Positions 41,034 through 50,727 of a stretch of 64,000 nt of DNA are shown here, piece by piece. Every line of letters starts with the position of its first letter. The first letter of the stretch is position 1. The translations under genes were made by a program, and so were the position numbers. The DNA lies in contig CBDHFH010000003.1 in assembly GCA_965262455.1 (NCBI GenBank), positions 12,406 to 76,405 on the forward strand, in the 5' to 3' direction. The stretch is from Gammaproteobacteria bacterium. GTDB lineage: Bacteria; Pseudomonadota; Gammaproteobacteria; UBA4575. Below the pieces are notes generated by a model. It worked only from the letters and a program-made list of their open reading frames with translations. It made no database searches and had not been told where the DNA came from.

Positions 41034-42182
41034 ATGACTAAACTCCCCACACAACTTGAAATGCTTGAGACCCTCATTTCTAGCCCTTCAATCAGTAGTA
41101 ATCATCCTCATCTTGATAGCAGCAACATAACTGTGATCACACATCTTGCAGAGTGGTTTGAATCTGCAGGCTTTAGTGTCGAAGTATGCCCGTTGCCAGA
41201 TCAACCCAGTAAGGCCAATATGATTGCACGTATGGGAGTTGGCGATGACGGTTTAGTATTATCGGGACATACCGATACGGTGCCATGTGATGAAAACTTG
41301 TGGCAAGTAGACCCTTTTAAATTCACCGCAAAAGACAATCGCTTTTATGGCCTTGGCTCAAGCGACATGAAAAGCTTTTTTGCCTTGGTATTATCAAGCT
41401 TAAAAGATATCAACCTCAAGCAACTAAAAAAACCACTCACGATACTGGCCACTGCTGACGAAGAAAGCTCGATGGCAGGCGCCAAAGCATTACTTAAAGA
41501 TCAGACCAGGTTAGGACAATACTGCATTATAGGAGAACCCACTTCACTGAAACCGGTTCACCAACATAAAGGCATTTTTATGGAGAGCATTCGCTTACTA
41601 GGACAGTCCGGTCATTCAAGCGACCCCTCATTGGGGAACAACGCCTTGGAGGGCATGCATGAAATCATGCAGGCAATGATGAACTATCGTGACCACTTAG
41701 GTAAGCGGTTTGCCAACCAGGACTTTGCGGTACCCACTCCCACGCTAAATTTAGGTCATATCCATGGCGGTGATAATGCTAATCGCATCTGTGGCCAGTG
41801 TGAATTGCATTACGATTTGCGTTTGCTACCTGATATGCACATCGATAGCATTAAGAATAATTTACATAGCATTGCACACGAAATCGCGCAACGTCGTAAA
41901 CTAAAATGTGAATTCATTAGTTTATTTGACGGAACGCCCGCATTATCAACTCCTGCTGATAGCAACATAGTGAAAATGGCCGAGCAGCTCACACATGCAA
42001 GCAGTAATTCCGTGGTGTTCGCAACAGAGGGACCATATTTTTCTCAAATGGGAATAGAAACGATTATCCTCGGCCCTGGTAGTATTGATGTCGCTCATCA
42101 GCCCAATGAATATATCGATATGCAACAACTTGAATCTGCTGTCCCTTTATATAGGCAGTTTATAGAAAAGATTTGTTGTTGA
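41034..42182 (+). CDS. argE: acetylornithine deacetylase (M20 family)
   Basis: ArgE-like (LSGHTDTVP, GLGSSDMK, ATADEESSMAGA). 382 aa. Confidence 0.75.
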   Translation: MTKLPTQLEMLETLISSPSISSNHPHLDSSNITVITHLAEWFESAGFSVEVCPLPDQPSKANMIARMGVGDDGLVLSGHTDTVPCDENLWQVDPFKFTAKDNRFYGLGSSDMKSFFALVLSSLKDINLKQLKKPLTILATADEESSMAGAKALLKDQTRLGQYCIIGEPTSLKPVHQHKGIFMESIRLLGQSGHSSDPSLGNNALEGMHEIMQAMMNYRDHLGKRFANQDFAVPTPTLNLGHIHGGDNANRICGQCELHYDLRLLPDMHIDSIKNNLHSIAHEIAQRRKLKCEFISLFDGTPALSTPADSNIVKMAEQLTHASSNSVVFATEGPYFSQMGIETIILGPGSIDVAHQPNEYIDMQQLESAVPLYRQFIEKICC

Positions 42183-42334
42183 CTTAATAAGCTAAAAGTC
42201 TAGAAAAATTTAGCTACATACAGGCCATAACCAACAGTGTTTATTAGTCATGTCCTGTATGCGTTAGTGAAAAATAGTTGCCAAAAAAATCATACGCAGA
42301 ATAATCACATTGGATTATTTTTACATTTAATTTG

Positions 42335-43105
42335 TTAACTCTTGGCAATGCGGGTTCTATTAAACATCAAGCCTGCAATCGCTGATAAGAATAACCAAAT
42401 ACCCGCAGGGATAGGCACAACAGTTGAATTGAATGCATCTACGCCCGCTTCAAACAGCTCTTCACTTAAACCATTGTTAAAAAATAAGCCAAATGTATGC
42501 GAGTCCATAATGCCGGATTGATCAGTAGTCAGTGACATCAACAAGCCATACGCGCCTGTTAAGCCATTATTCAATGTAAAGTCGACATGCTCATGCACAA
42601 CTCCATCAATACCTGCCTGGCCGATGATATTTTCTTCCATGCCAGATAGATAACCGGCAAGGTCTGAAACAGTACTACTAGATATTACTGATGCAGTACT
42701 AGGAAAACCATTATCATCAATTGTTATAGTCGCTGATCCAGGATCCAGAAACTGTGTACCATCCCAGTAAGAGAGTGGGCCTAATATGTTGAATCCTAAA
42801 AATGAACCATTTGCTAGTCTTGACGACAGTGGAAACTCTTCATTATCGAAACCAGGGTCTTCAGTCTTACCATTAGGTTGATCGTCAATTTCAGGGCTAT
42901 TGAAATCACCTTCAAATACGAAAAGACCTGGCTCGGGGAGTTCAAATTCGATTTTTCCGTCTACGATTTCGTACTCGACATCGCTATGAACCTCAGTCGC
43001 TAATGCGCTGTTAATTGGTAATAAGCCAAGCGCACAAATTGCAGCAACCAATGATGAAAAGCACAAAATCTTACTGGTTACTATTGAATAATATTTTCTA
43101 AGCAT
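42335..43105 (-). CDS. secreted protein with a VPxP (VPLPA/PEP-CTERM-like) C-terminal sorting signal; paralog A
   Basis: Signal peptide. C-terminus VPIPAGIWLFLSAIAGLMFNRTRIAKS (motif, TM helix, basic tail). Shares blocks with 45632..46495 (LSYWDG/LQYWDP, HEHVDF/HVHMDW, GAY). The ORF-track start is TTG; the first ATG is at 43105. Confidence 0.6.
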   Translation of the reverse strand: MLRKYYSIVTSKILCFSSLVAAICALGLLPINSALATEVHSDVEYEIVDGKIEFELPEPGLFVFEGDFNSPEIDDQPNGKTEDPGFDNEEFPLSSRLANGSFLGFNILGPLSYWDGTQFLDPGSATITIDDNGFPSTASVISSSTVSDLAGYLSGMEENIIGQAGIDGVVHEHVDFTLNNGLTGAYGLLMSLTTDQSGIMDSHTFGLFFNNGLSEELFEAGVDAFNSTVVPIPAGIWLFLSAIAGLMFNRTRIAKS

Positions 43106-43131
43106 TCTTATCTCTCCCAAATAGACATATA

Positions 43132-43170
43132 ATGATATAACATAGCTTCAACTGCATTATGTTATATCAT
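43132..43170. promoter_or_regulatory. Fur-box-like inverted repeat in the divergent promoter region of paralog A and TBDR1
   Basis: ATGATATAACAT-agcttcaactgcatt-ATGTTATATCAT: 12-bp perfect arms. The left arm plus its 5' flank reads tATAATGATAtaaCAT, close to the GATAATGATAATCATTATC consensus. Confidence 0.4.
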
Positions 43171-43241
43171 AACAATAAAATAAAGCAGTTCCTGTAAACA
43201 AATTTTTAAAGTTACTTTTCAGTAATATTTTGATCGCTCAT

Positions 43242-45608
43242 ATGACAAATTCGCTGTACATAGTTGCGGTTCATAGCGTTATCTTCGCTATCGCACCAAA
43301 ATTGATCTATGCACAAATCGAAGAATTGCACGACAACTATCAACACTTCAATCCCACACACTATAATTCACAGCCGACGTCTTACAATAATGCCAGTACC
43401 AATATAGTCGTTCTTGAGGATAAATCAGAACAACAAATAAATAATCATGTGCATACTGACTTACATGAACCTATCAAACTTGCAGAGACTGTTGCTGAAG
43501 ATAACAACCAGCAATATAGCAAAGCAACTAACTCAAATAATGAATCACTGGAGGATGCAGATATTTTATTGGAAACTATTGAAGTGATTGGTGAGAAAAA
43601 TAACTTTAAAACAGAACCTGCATCTACTTTAAAGGGTGACGAACTCACACAAGAACTTGCACCAACCTTAGGTGAAACATTACAAAACCAAGCTGGGGTA
43701 CATAACTCAACATTTGGTCCTGGCGTAGGAATACCCGTAATCAGAGGAATGACAGGTTCTAGAATTAAAGTCTTGCAAAGTTCTATGGGTACTTTTGATG
43801 CATCCTCGGTCAGTCCTGATCATGCGATTACAATTGAACCCTTATTAGTGAAAGAAATTAAAGTCTTGAGAGGTCCTGCAACATTTCGTTATAACGGTAC
43901 AGCTATGGGAGGCGCAGTTGATGTTAAGACGGGGCGTATTCCAGAGTGGATTCCTGATAACAACATAGATGCAACATTTGAGTCTCGATATGACTGGAAT
44001 TCTGATCTTACTGCAAATGTTTTTAAATTAGATGCCGGTACTGGCCCTCTAGTAGTCCATATTGATGGTTATGATCGAAGTTCCAACAATATTCATATTC
44101 CCGATAATGCATTGGCTGAAGAAGCGGTACTGGAACAATTCGGCAACCTCATAGAGTTTGACAATACCGATGGATTTGTTGCTAATTCGGATAGTGAAAG
44201 TCATGGATACTCATTTGGCTCATCTTTGGTTTTTGACCAGGGTTATATAGGTTTTGCCGTAAATGAACTTGAAAATAACTATGGCATCCCACCTGGTGGG
44301 TTGCCACCACATAGTGATGATCCTGCAAATGTCCCGGTGACACCTGAGAATCTGCGTATTGATATGGATCAAACACGATGGGATTTTGCAACTGAAATAT
44401 ATGATTTACCTTATGGCATAAATTCTGTCTCACTCAAGTTTGGCGATGTTGATTACACTCATTCAGAATTAGCTAGGGGCTTACCTTCGACAACATATGA
44501 TAGTGACGCCCAGGAATTTCGATTTGATATAGATGTCACTCATAACGAATTCTTTCAAGGCAGTTTTGGCTATCAATGGTCTGATCAAGAGTTTGGCGCT
44601 GTAGGTATTGAATCTTTTATTCCACCCTCAGATATTGAAAGATATAGTTTTTATATCATTGAATCTATATGGATACAGGATTTTCTTAATTTCGAATTTG
44701 GTTATCGTGAAGAGTCATCTAAAATTAAACCCAAGGATGACTTTCGTAATGTTAGCGGCACTCTAGTCGAGTTACCTGATTTTGATCATACAGCACATTC
44801 ATTATCTGGTGCATTCGAATTAATCATCACAGATAACATAAGTATCAGATTAGCTTTAACTCAAGCTCAGCGCACTCCTGCTATACAAGAAGTATTATCA
44901 CTTGGCCCGCATTTTGCCACACGCAGTTATGAAATCGGCAATATTGAATTAGAGGACGAGGAAATTTCTAACGTCGATCTTGGTGTTGGCTTTAGTAATG
45001 AGCATTTGGATTTCAATGTAAATATTTTTCAAAGTGACATAGACAACTTTATATATCAGGAAAATATTGGATTTTTTTATGATATTGAAACACGCGGTTT
45101 TCAACTGGCATGTGTACAAGTGACGGATTGTGTCCCCGTGTTTGCCTATTTTCAACAAGACGCTGAATTTTCAGGTTATGAAGCTGAGTTAAAATTTCGT
45201 CCTGTAACTCTTGATAATTTTTCTGCTGAAGTTGGATTTTTTGCTGATTATGTGCGCGGTAAGTTTGTTAATGCAACAAATGATGCCGAAGATGTGCCGC
45301 GTCTACCTCCTCGTCGTGCTGGTGTGTTTTTCGAGAGCTCATGGGATGCTTTTGATTTTAATTGGCGCTTTACTCATGCATCTGATCAAAAACGTGCTGG
45401 CCTGAATGAAACACCTACCGAGGGTTACAACCGCATTGATGCAGGACTAACTTACAACTGGCCATTCATGTTTGAAAGTGATGCAAAACTTTTTCTGAAT
45501 GCAAAAAATATTACTGATGAAGAAATCAGGCACTCAACATCATTTTTAAGAAATTTTACTCCTGAGCCAGGACGGTCAATTGAGCTAGGACTACGACTAA
45601 GTTTTTAA
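43242..45608 (+). CDS. TonB-dependent outer-membrane receptor
   Basis: Signal peptide. Long low-complexity N-terminal extension. TonB box/plug (ETIEVIG, TLGETLQNQAGV, IRGMTG). C-terminal beta-barrel ending RLSF. First ATG at 43242; the ORF-track start is TTG at 43230. Confidence 0.85.
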   Translation: MTNSLYIVAVHSVIFAIAPKLIYAQIEELHDNYQHFNPTHYNSQPTSYNNASTNIVVLEDKSEQQINNHVHTDLHEPIKLAETVAEDNNQQYSKATNSNNESLEDADILLETIEVIGEKNNFKTEPASTLKGDELTQELAPTLGETLQNQAGVHNSTFGPGVGIPVIRGMTGSRIKVLQSSMGTFDASSVSPDHAITIEPLLVKEIKVLRGPATFRYNGTAMGGAVDVKTGRIPEWIPDNNIDATFESRYDWNSDLTANVFKLDAGTGPLVVHIDGYDRSSNNIHIPDNALAEEAVLEQFGNLIEFDNTDGFVANSDSESHGYSFGSSLVFDQGYIGFAVNELENNYGIPPGGLPPHSDDPANVPVTPENLRIDMDQTRWDFATEIYDLPYGINSVSLKFGDVDYTHSELARGLPSTTYDSDAQEFRFDIDVTHNEFFQGSFGYQWSDQEFGAVGIESFIPPSDIERYSFYIIESIWIQDFLNFEFGYREESSKIKPKDDFRNVSGTLVELPDFDHTAHSLSGAFELIITDNISIRLALTQAQRTPAIQEVLSLGPHFATRSYEIGNIELEDEEISNVDLGVGFSNEHLDFNVNIFQSDIDNFIYQENIGFFYDIETRGFQLACVQVTDCVPVFAYFQQDAEFSGYEAELKFRPVTLDNFSAEVGFFADYVRGKFVNATNDAEDVPRLPPRRAGVFFESSWDAFDFNWRFTHASDQKRAGLNETPTEGYNRIDAGLTYNWPFMFESDAKLFLNAKNITDEEIRHSTSFLRNFTPEPGRSIELGLRLSF

Positions 45609-45631
45609 ATCAAAATATTTGGAGACAAATA

Positions 45632-46495
45632 ATGCTACGTTTATTCACTTTAATACTTGGATGCCTACTATCGACAGCTTCCATGGCAATACACCTGGAT
45701 GTTGCTGTTTCCTCTGAAAGTGGCAAATTGAAAACGGATTTTTGTCTAGAGCCGGCACAAGGCGGGATCGCATGTGATGAACTTCCTGTGCTAATACTGC
45801 TAGGCGTCCCTCCGCTCACTACGCCGGTTGATATTGAAACCGGCAAGAATATATTTGTATCTGATTTTAATGATTTTGAAGGTGGGCCGAATGCTGTAGA
45901 CGACCCAGGTTTCATATCAGGCACTTCTAGCGTAAGCAATCTTCCCGCCGGACTGCGCCTAAGCTATGAAGCAGTTGGCCAACTTCAGTACTGGGATCCT
46001 GTAGTTAAAGCATGGACCACTAATGTCCCCGGCTCAACTCGCATCGAGTTATTCGGTGGTATTGAAGTACTCACAGGCCCCCAGTGCGCTCCTTTACTTA
46101 TCTGTTTTCAGCCTGGCAGTACGCTATTTTCTGAAAGCGGCATTTCCGGTACGCCCTCTTTAATTGTTGGCGACACAAATTCTTCGGGTGTACTGCATGT
46201 ACATATGGACTGGTTTTTAGAAGACAGTAGCAATAATCCAGGCGGGCCGGACGGTGCTTACATGATCGAGATGAAATTAACTGCGCAAGGTTATCAGGAT
46301 AGTGAGTCATTCTTTATTATGTTTGCAAAAGAACTGTCTACAGAACAATTTGGCGAGGCTTTAGCTGCAAGAATTTCTTCACAACAAGCTGTGCCTGCAG
46401 TTCAGGTTCCAATGCCACAGCCTTATATATTTATTTTAATAATGTTACTTATAGCCAGTGCTATTTATGTGATTAGATCAAGCAAACATAAATAA
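45632..46495 (+). CDS. secreted protein with a VPxP (VPLPA/PEP-CTERM-like) C-terminal sorting signal; paralog B
   Basis: Signal peptide. C-terminus VPMPQPYIFILIMLLIASAIYVIRSSKHK. Homologous to 42335..43105 over the mature domain. Confidence 0.6.
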   Translation: MLRLFTLILGCLLSTASMAIHLDVAVSSESGKLKTDFCLEPAQGGIACDELPVLILLGVPPLTTPVDIETGKNIFVSDFNDFEGGPNAVDDPGFISGTSSVSNLPAGLRLSYEAVGQLQYWDPVVKAWTTNVPGSTRIELFGGIEVLTGPQCAPLLICFQPGSTLFSESGISGTPSLIVGDTNSSGVLHVHMDWFLEDSSNNPGGPDGAYMIEMKLTAQGYQDSESFFIMFAKELSTEQFGEALAARISSQQAVPAVQVPMPQPYIFILIMLLIASAIYVIRSSKHK

Positions 46496-46568
46496 TCATC
46501 AGTTAATTCGAACCACTAATCGCATGCGCCTAATTTGATCCGATTACTAACTGATTATGATTGGTTAA

Positions 46569-47099
46569 TTATCTTTTCACAGGATATTTTTGTAACTTGC
46601 GTTGCAATGTTCGGCGATGCATATTCAGTGCGCGTGCCGCTGCTGACACATTGCCATCATGCTCAAGCAACACTTTCTGCAAATGCTCCCACTCCAAGCG
46701 CTTAACCGATAGGGTTTTTTCTTCAATAGGTTGCTGCGGATTTGCTTGGTTGTTATGCAACTTGTTAATAATATCCTGCACGGATGCCGGTTTAGTTAAA
46801 TAGTTAATGGCACCAAGCTTAATGGCTTCTACTGTTGTAGCAATACTTGCATATGCAGTAAGCATGACGATTTTAATGTCGGGATTTTTTGCTAATAAAA
46901 ATTTAATTGCATTCAGCCCTGAATCTGCACCAATGCGTAAATCCACGACACCAAACTGCATGGCATGCAGGTTATCAAGTTTTTCCAGTTCGGCAATATT
47001 ATTCACTACACTAGTGGAGTAATCACGTTTTTCGAATGCCCGCGATAACGCGGCACCGAAAGCAACATCATCATCAACAATGACTACATTCATACTCAT
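46569..47099 (-). CDS. RegA/PrrA/ActR-family response regulator (REC + Fis-type HTH)
   Basis: Receiver domain (VVIVDDD..., D in VVDLRIGADSG). C-terminal HTH GNVSAAARALNMHRRTLQRKL. Confidence 0.8.
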   Translation of the reverse strand: MSMNVVIVDDDVAFGAALSRAFEKRDYSTSVVNNIAELEKLDNLHAMQFGVVDLRIGADSGLNAIKFLLAKNPDIKIVMLTAYASIATTVEAIKLGAINYLTKPASVQDIINKLHNNQANPQQPIEEKTLSVKRLEWEHLQKVLLEHDGNVSAAARALNMHRRTLQRKLQKYPVKR

Positions 47100-47101
47100 G
47101 A

Positions 47102-48346
47102 TTACTTTATTGGCTGTAATGGAAGTGTAATTAATGTTTCTACACCTCCAACTGTTCGGTTAGACAATTTTATAGCACCACCCAAGCGCTGAATAATTTC
47201 ATGCGCAAGAAATGCGCCCAGACCAATGCCTTCTGGTTTCGTCGAGTAAGGACGTACACCAATCTCTTTTATCAGCGTTGGATCTATGCCTTCGCCACGA
47301 TCAATAATCGTCAATTGTGCTTGGTCGTTCTGCCAATGCGCTTCAATAGACACCGACTCGGGTGACGCATCTGCAGCGTTATCAAGCAAGTTAATTAACG
47401 CTTTAGATAAAGTTTTACTCGCCACTACTCCAGCGGTGTCCGCGCCATTAAGCTGTCTATTCAGCTGAACATTTGGCCGTGTTTTCTGCCAGCTTGTTAG
47501 TAGTTGATTTATATATTCTTCAAATTTGACTACACCATCACTTTCAACGAGTCCAGTTCCCGCGCTGGTTGACATTTCCGCTAGCGCTTCCTTACAGCGC
47601 GATACTTGCTGCAATAAAATATCAATATCGTCTTGAGTGATTTTATTTTCTTCTAAATCCGAAATAATCAATTGTATCGTGCCTAACGGCGTACCCATCT
47701 CATGTGCGGTACTGGCAGCCAACGCGCCTAAGGAGACAAGTTTTTCATCATTCATTACGCGTTCCTTTGCTAACGCCAATTGATGATCTTTTTGCTGCAA
47801 TGCGGAGCGCATTTTAACTACAAAATAAGCCATCACAGTGGCGCTTAAAACGAAACTCACCCACATGCCTAGTACGTGTAAACCAAATGACTGTTGATGA
47901 TGAGCATGCTCATTAGGGAACCACCACATCAAAAATGAGTATGCAGCGATACTTATTATCGCTAATACCCATACCCAGGACTTCGGCAATAACACTGCAC
48001 TAATCGCCAAAGGCAGTAAGTACATAGAGACAAATGGATTGGTCGCCCCGCCGGAAAAGAAGAACAGCGCAGTCAGGGCACTAATATCTATGAGTAATTG
48101 AATAAATACTTCCGTGTCACTGGCATCAGAGACAAGATTTGCACGATATAGAGTAATGCCGTTGACGGCTGCCAGCCCTGCAATCACTAAGGTCACTGCC
48201 CAGCCATTGAGGGGGAAATCAAATATAAACGTTGCTAGTAAACACGCGACAACCTGGCCGATGATTGAGGCCGCGCGAAACCAGAATAATAATTTCAACG
48301 TATTCTGTTCTCGGGTAATACCCCATGGAAAATTCATTTTTGCCAT
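47102..48346 (-). CDS. RegB/PrrB/ActS-family sensor histidine kinase
   Basis: Six N-terminal TM helices. H-box AASTAHEMGTPLGTI. HATPase motifs (NLLDNAADA, IDRGEGI, GIGLG). 2 nt from the regulator gene. Confidence 0.75.
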   Translation of the reverse strand: MAKMNFPWGITREQNTLKLLFWFRAASIIGQVVACLLATFIFDFPLNGWAVTLVIAGLAAVNGITLYRANLVSDASDTEVFIQLLIDISALTALFFFSGGATNPFVSMYLLPLAISAVLLPKSWVWVLAIISIAAYSFLMWWFPNEHAHHQQSFGLHVLGMWVSFVLSATVMAYFVVKMRSALQQKDHQLALAKERVMNDEKLVSLGALAASTAHEMGTPLGTIQLIISDLEENKITQDDIDILLQQVSRCKEALAEMSTSAGTGLVESDGVVKFEEYINQLLTSWQKTRPNVQLNRQLNGADTAGVVASKTLSKALINLLDNAADASPESVSIEAHWQNDQAQLTIIDRGEGIDPTLIKEIGVRPYSTKPEGIGLGAFLAHEIIQRLGGAIKLSNRTVGGVETLITLPLQPIK

Positions 48347-48511
48347 TATTTATCGTTATTGTTCGTTAGCATCTCAACGCGAGTTGTCGATCATTATAAA
48401 CAAGTCTTTTCTATAACAATCAAATACCTATGCGACATTTTGTCACATTGCTGGAGAGTTAATATTTGCTACTCTGCGCGACATTCGTATCGCCCCCACA
48501 AGAAGGAAGCC

Positions 48512-50638
48512 ATGTCAGTTACAAGGAAGCACACTTACATTTTTATTTCGGCAAGTATACTAGCATCTCTGCATACATCCTGGTTATCTGCCGAACAGCT
48601 TCAGCCGATCTCAGTCACAGACACAGTAATAGAAGATTCCAACTCCGCCAAACCTAAAACAGTTGAGACAGACGTGACTCACATGATGGAATCCGTCCCT
48701 GGTGGTGGTATTCACAGTAATGGGGCAATTAGCGGTCAAACTTATTTTCGTGGGATTTTTGGCCCAAGAATGAATGTGCTGATAGACGATGTTCGTATCC
48801 AGAGTGGTGGCCCCAACTGGATGGACCCTCCTTTACATTACATGCCAAATACTTTGGTTGATTCATTTGAAGTGGAACGCGGCATTGACGCAATCAGTAA
48901 TGGCAGCACCTTAGGAACTACCGTCAAAGTCACCCCTAAGACAAGTAAATTCACCAATACAGACCAATTCAAAGTTAGTAGCGATGTAGAGATCTCCGGT
49001 CACACTGTCGACTCGGGTTATAACGCTGGCGGTGTTGTAGGATTGTCTAACAAACAGCATCGTATACATATTTCTGGCAGTCATGACCAAGGCGATGATT
49101 TTAGTTCTGGTGATGGTGAAATTGATGGCACAGAATATGAACGCAGCAGCATAGGTGCTGGTTACGGTTACCAGATTGGCACACACGAATTATCATTTGA
49201 CGCACGTTATGTCAGTTCAAAAGACTCAGGCACACCTTCATTACCTCTTGACCCAAATTACTTCCACACTCAATTGTACAATGCGAAGTATATAGGCGAA
49301 GTCGCTGACTTTGATGTTGAGCTCACACTATTTCATACTGATGTTGAACATCAGATGAATAACTTTGATCAACGTCCTGCGCCGAATTTTTCTAACATAA
49401 TGCTACCGCCATTTGCAGGCACCGATCGTCGAGTGGTTGATGTAAAGTCTGACGATACTGGTGCCAAGCTCAAGCTAACTCGAGCGATTTCAAATGGGCA
49501 GATTAGTATTGGTGTTAATGGACATAATGCGGATCATGATTCAGTAATTACTGACCCTGACTTTGCGCCATTTGAGGTGGTCAACTTTAATAATGCAGAA
49601 GAAGATCATTTGAGTATATTTACTGAATGGAATGGTAACATTCAGCAGGCAAATGTTGAGATTGGTATGCGTTATCAGCGTGTCAAAACTGATGCTGATG
49701 AAATTTCTATCGTCCCGCCTGCATTAGCCCCTGCTGTCGCATTACGTGATCGATTCAACTCCTCTGATCGATCTAAATCAGATGATAACGTTGACTTTGC
49801 TGCCAAATTAAGTATACCAATTAGCAACGAGGTAGATTTTATTGCGGGCTATGCACGCAAAACTCGATCCCCAACTTACATAGAGCGCTATCAATGGATA
49901 CCTCTTAATGTCAATGCTGGCTTGGGTGATGGCAATAATTACATCGGCAATCCTGACCTGGATGCAGAATGGTCCAATCAATTTGAATTAGGATTCAATT
50001 GGGCAACAGATAAAACCTACTTTAGCCCACGTGCATATTACCAACGCATTAATAACTATATTCAAGGTGTTGCCACTGCAGACACACCAACGGTAATGGT
50101 CAGCATGAATGCCAATGGCGACGCGACGCCACTGCAATTTGAAAACGTCGACGCTGAAATTTATGGTATCGATACTGATTGGGGTTATGAAATTAATCAG
50201 GATTGGATGTTGTCAGGTACCGCTAGCTATGTGCGCGGCAAGCGACGTGATGTCAACGATGATTTATTTCATATTGCTCCGCCACGTACTAGTGCTGCTG
50301 TAACCAGACACTTTGGCAACGGTTCCGCGACCATTGAGGGCGTGCTCGTTGCAAGTCAAACAAAGATTTCTGATGAGTTGACTGACGACCCTAACAACCC
50401 TAATAATAATAACGATGCCACACCTGGATATGGTTTGATAAATTTATATGGCCAATATAGCCCAGCAAGCATGTCAAATCTGACTATTCAAGCAGGCATA
50501 GAAAATTTATTAGACAAAGAATATACCGATCACCTGAATGGCTTTAATCGTGTCGCCGGCAATGGTGTTGATGTTGGTGAACGTCTGCCGGGCCCTGGCA
50601 TCAATGCTTACTTCACCATTGGTATTGCTTTTCAGTAA
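48512..50638 (+). CDS. TonB-dependent outer-membrane receptor
   Basis: Start set at MSVTRKHTYIF, preceded by GGAAG. Plug domain (TYFRGIFGPRMNVLIDDVRIQSGGPNWMDPPLHYMPNTLVDSFEVERG). Barrel ends GIAFQ. Confidence 0.8.
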   Translation: MSVTRKHTYIFISASILASLHTSWLSAEQLQPISVTDTVIEDSNSAKPKTVETDVTHMMESVPGGGIHSNGAISGQTYFRGIFGPRMNVLIDDVRIQSGGPNWMDPPLHYMPNTLVDSFEVERGIDAISNGSTLGTTVKVTPKTSKFTNTDQFKVSSDVEISGHTVDSGYNAGGVVGLSNKQHRIHISGSHDQGDDFSSGDGEIDGTEYERSSIGAGYGYQIGTHELSFDARYVSSKDSGTPSLPLDPNYFHTQLYNAKYIGEVADFDVELTLFHTDVEHQMNNFDQRPAPNFSNIMLPPFAGTDRRVVDVKSDDTGAKLKLTRAISNGQISIGVNGHNADHDSVITDPDFAPFEVVNFNNAEEDHLSIFTEWNGNIQQANVEIGMRYQRVKTDADEISIVPPALAPAVALRDRFNSSDRSKSDDNVDFAAKLSIPISNEVDFIAGYARKTRSPTYIERYQWIPLNVNAGLGDGNNYIGNPDLDAEWSNQFELGFNWATDKTYFSPRAYYQRINNYIQGVATADTPTVMVSMNANGDATPLQFENVDAEIYGIDTDWGYEINQDWMLSGTASYVRGKRRDVNDDLFHIAPPRTSAAVTRHFGNGSATIEGVLVASQTKISDELTDDPNNPNNNNDATPGYGLINLYGQYSPASMSNLTIQAGIENLLDKEYTDHLNGFNRVAGNGVDVGERLPGPGINAYFTIGIAFQ

Positions 50639-50659
50639 TCAGAAAATGATACAAGCTAA

Positions 50660-50695
50660 ACAAAAATGCAGTTGATGTCACAACATCAACTGCAT
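50660..50695 (-). terminator. rho-independent terminator (12-bp perfect stem) for the minus-strand hypothetical gene; possibly bidirectional
   Basis: TGCAGTTGATGT-caca-ACATCAACTGCA. On the minus strand it is followed by TTTTTGTTT. Confidence 0.65.
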
Positions 50696-50727
50696 TGCAG
50701 GATAAATGATTATTGAATGATTAAGAT

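Noticed and set aside
43121-43241. ORF-track starts for 42335..43120 and 43230..45608
   Set aside because: Both begin at TTG codons. They were trimmed to the first in-frame ATG (43105 and 43242), which also leaves room for the shared promoter and palindrome.
48512-50638. TBDR2 ending in Q rather than the usual terminal aromatic residue as a sign of truncation
   Set aside because: The penultimate residue is F (GIAFQ) and the barrel is otherwise complete. This is minor variation rather than a pseudogene.
50667-50694. Recurring TCAACTGCA(T/A)T motif (26066, 43164, 50686 and the inverted copy at 50667) as a possible DNA-uptake-sequence-like element
   Set aside because: Only about three or four copies in 64 kb. 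Uptake sequences occur roughly once per kb, so chance or local hairpin reuse is more likely.
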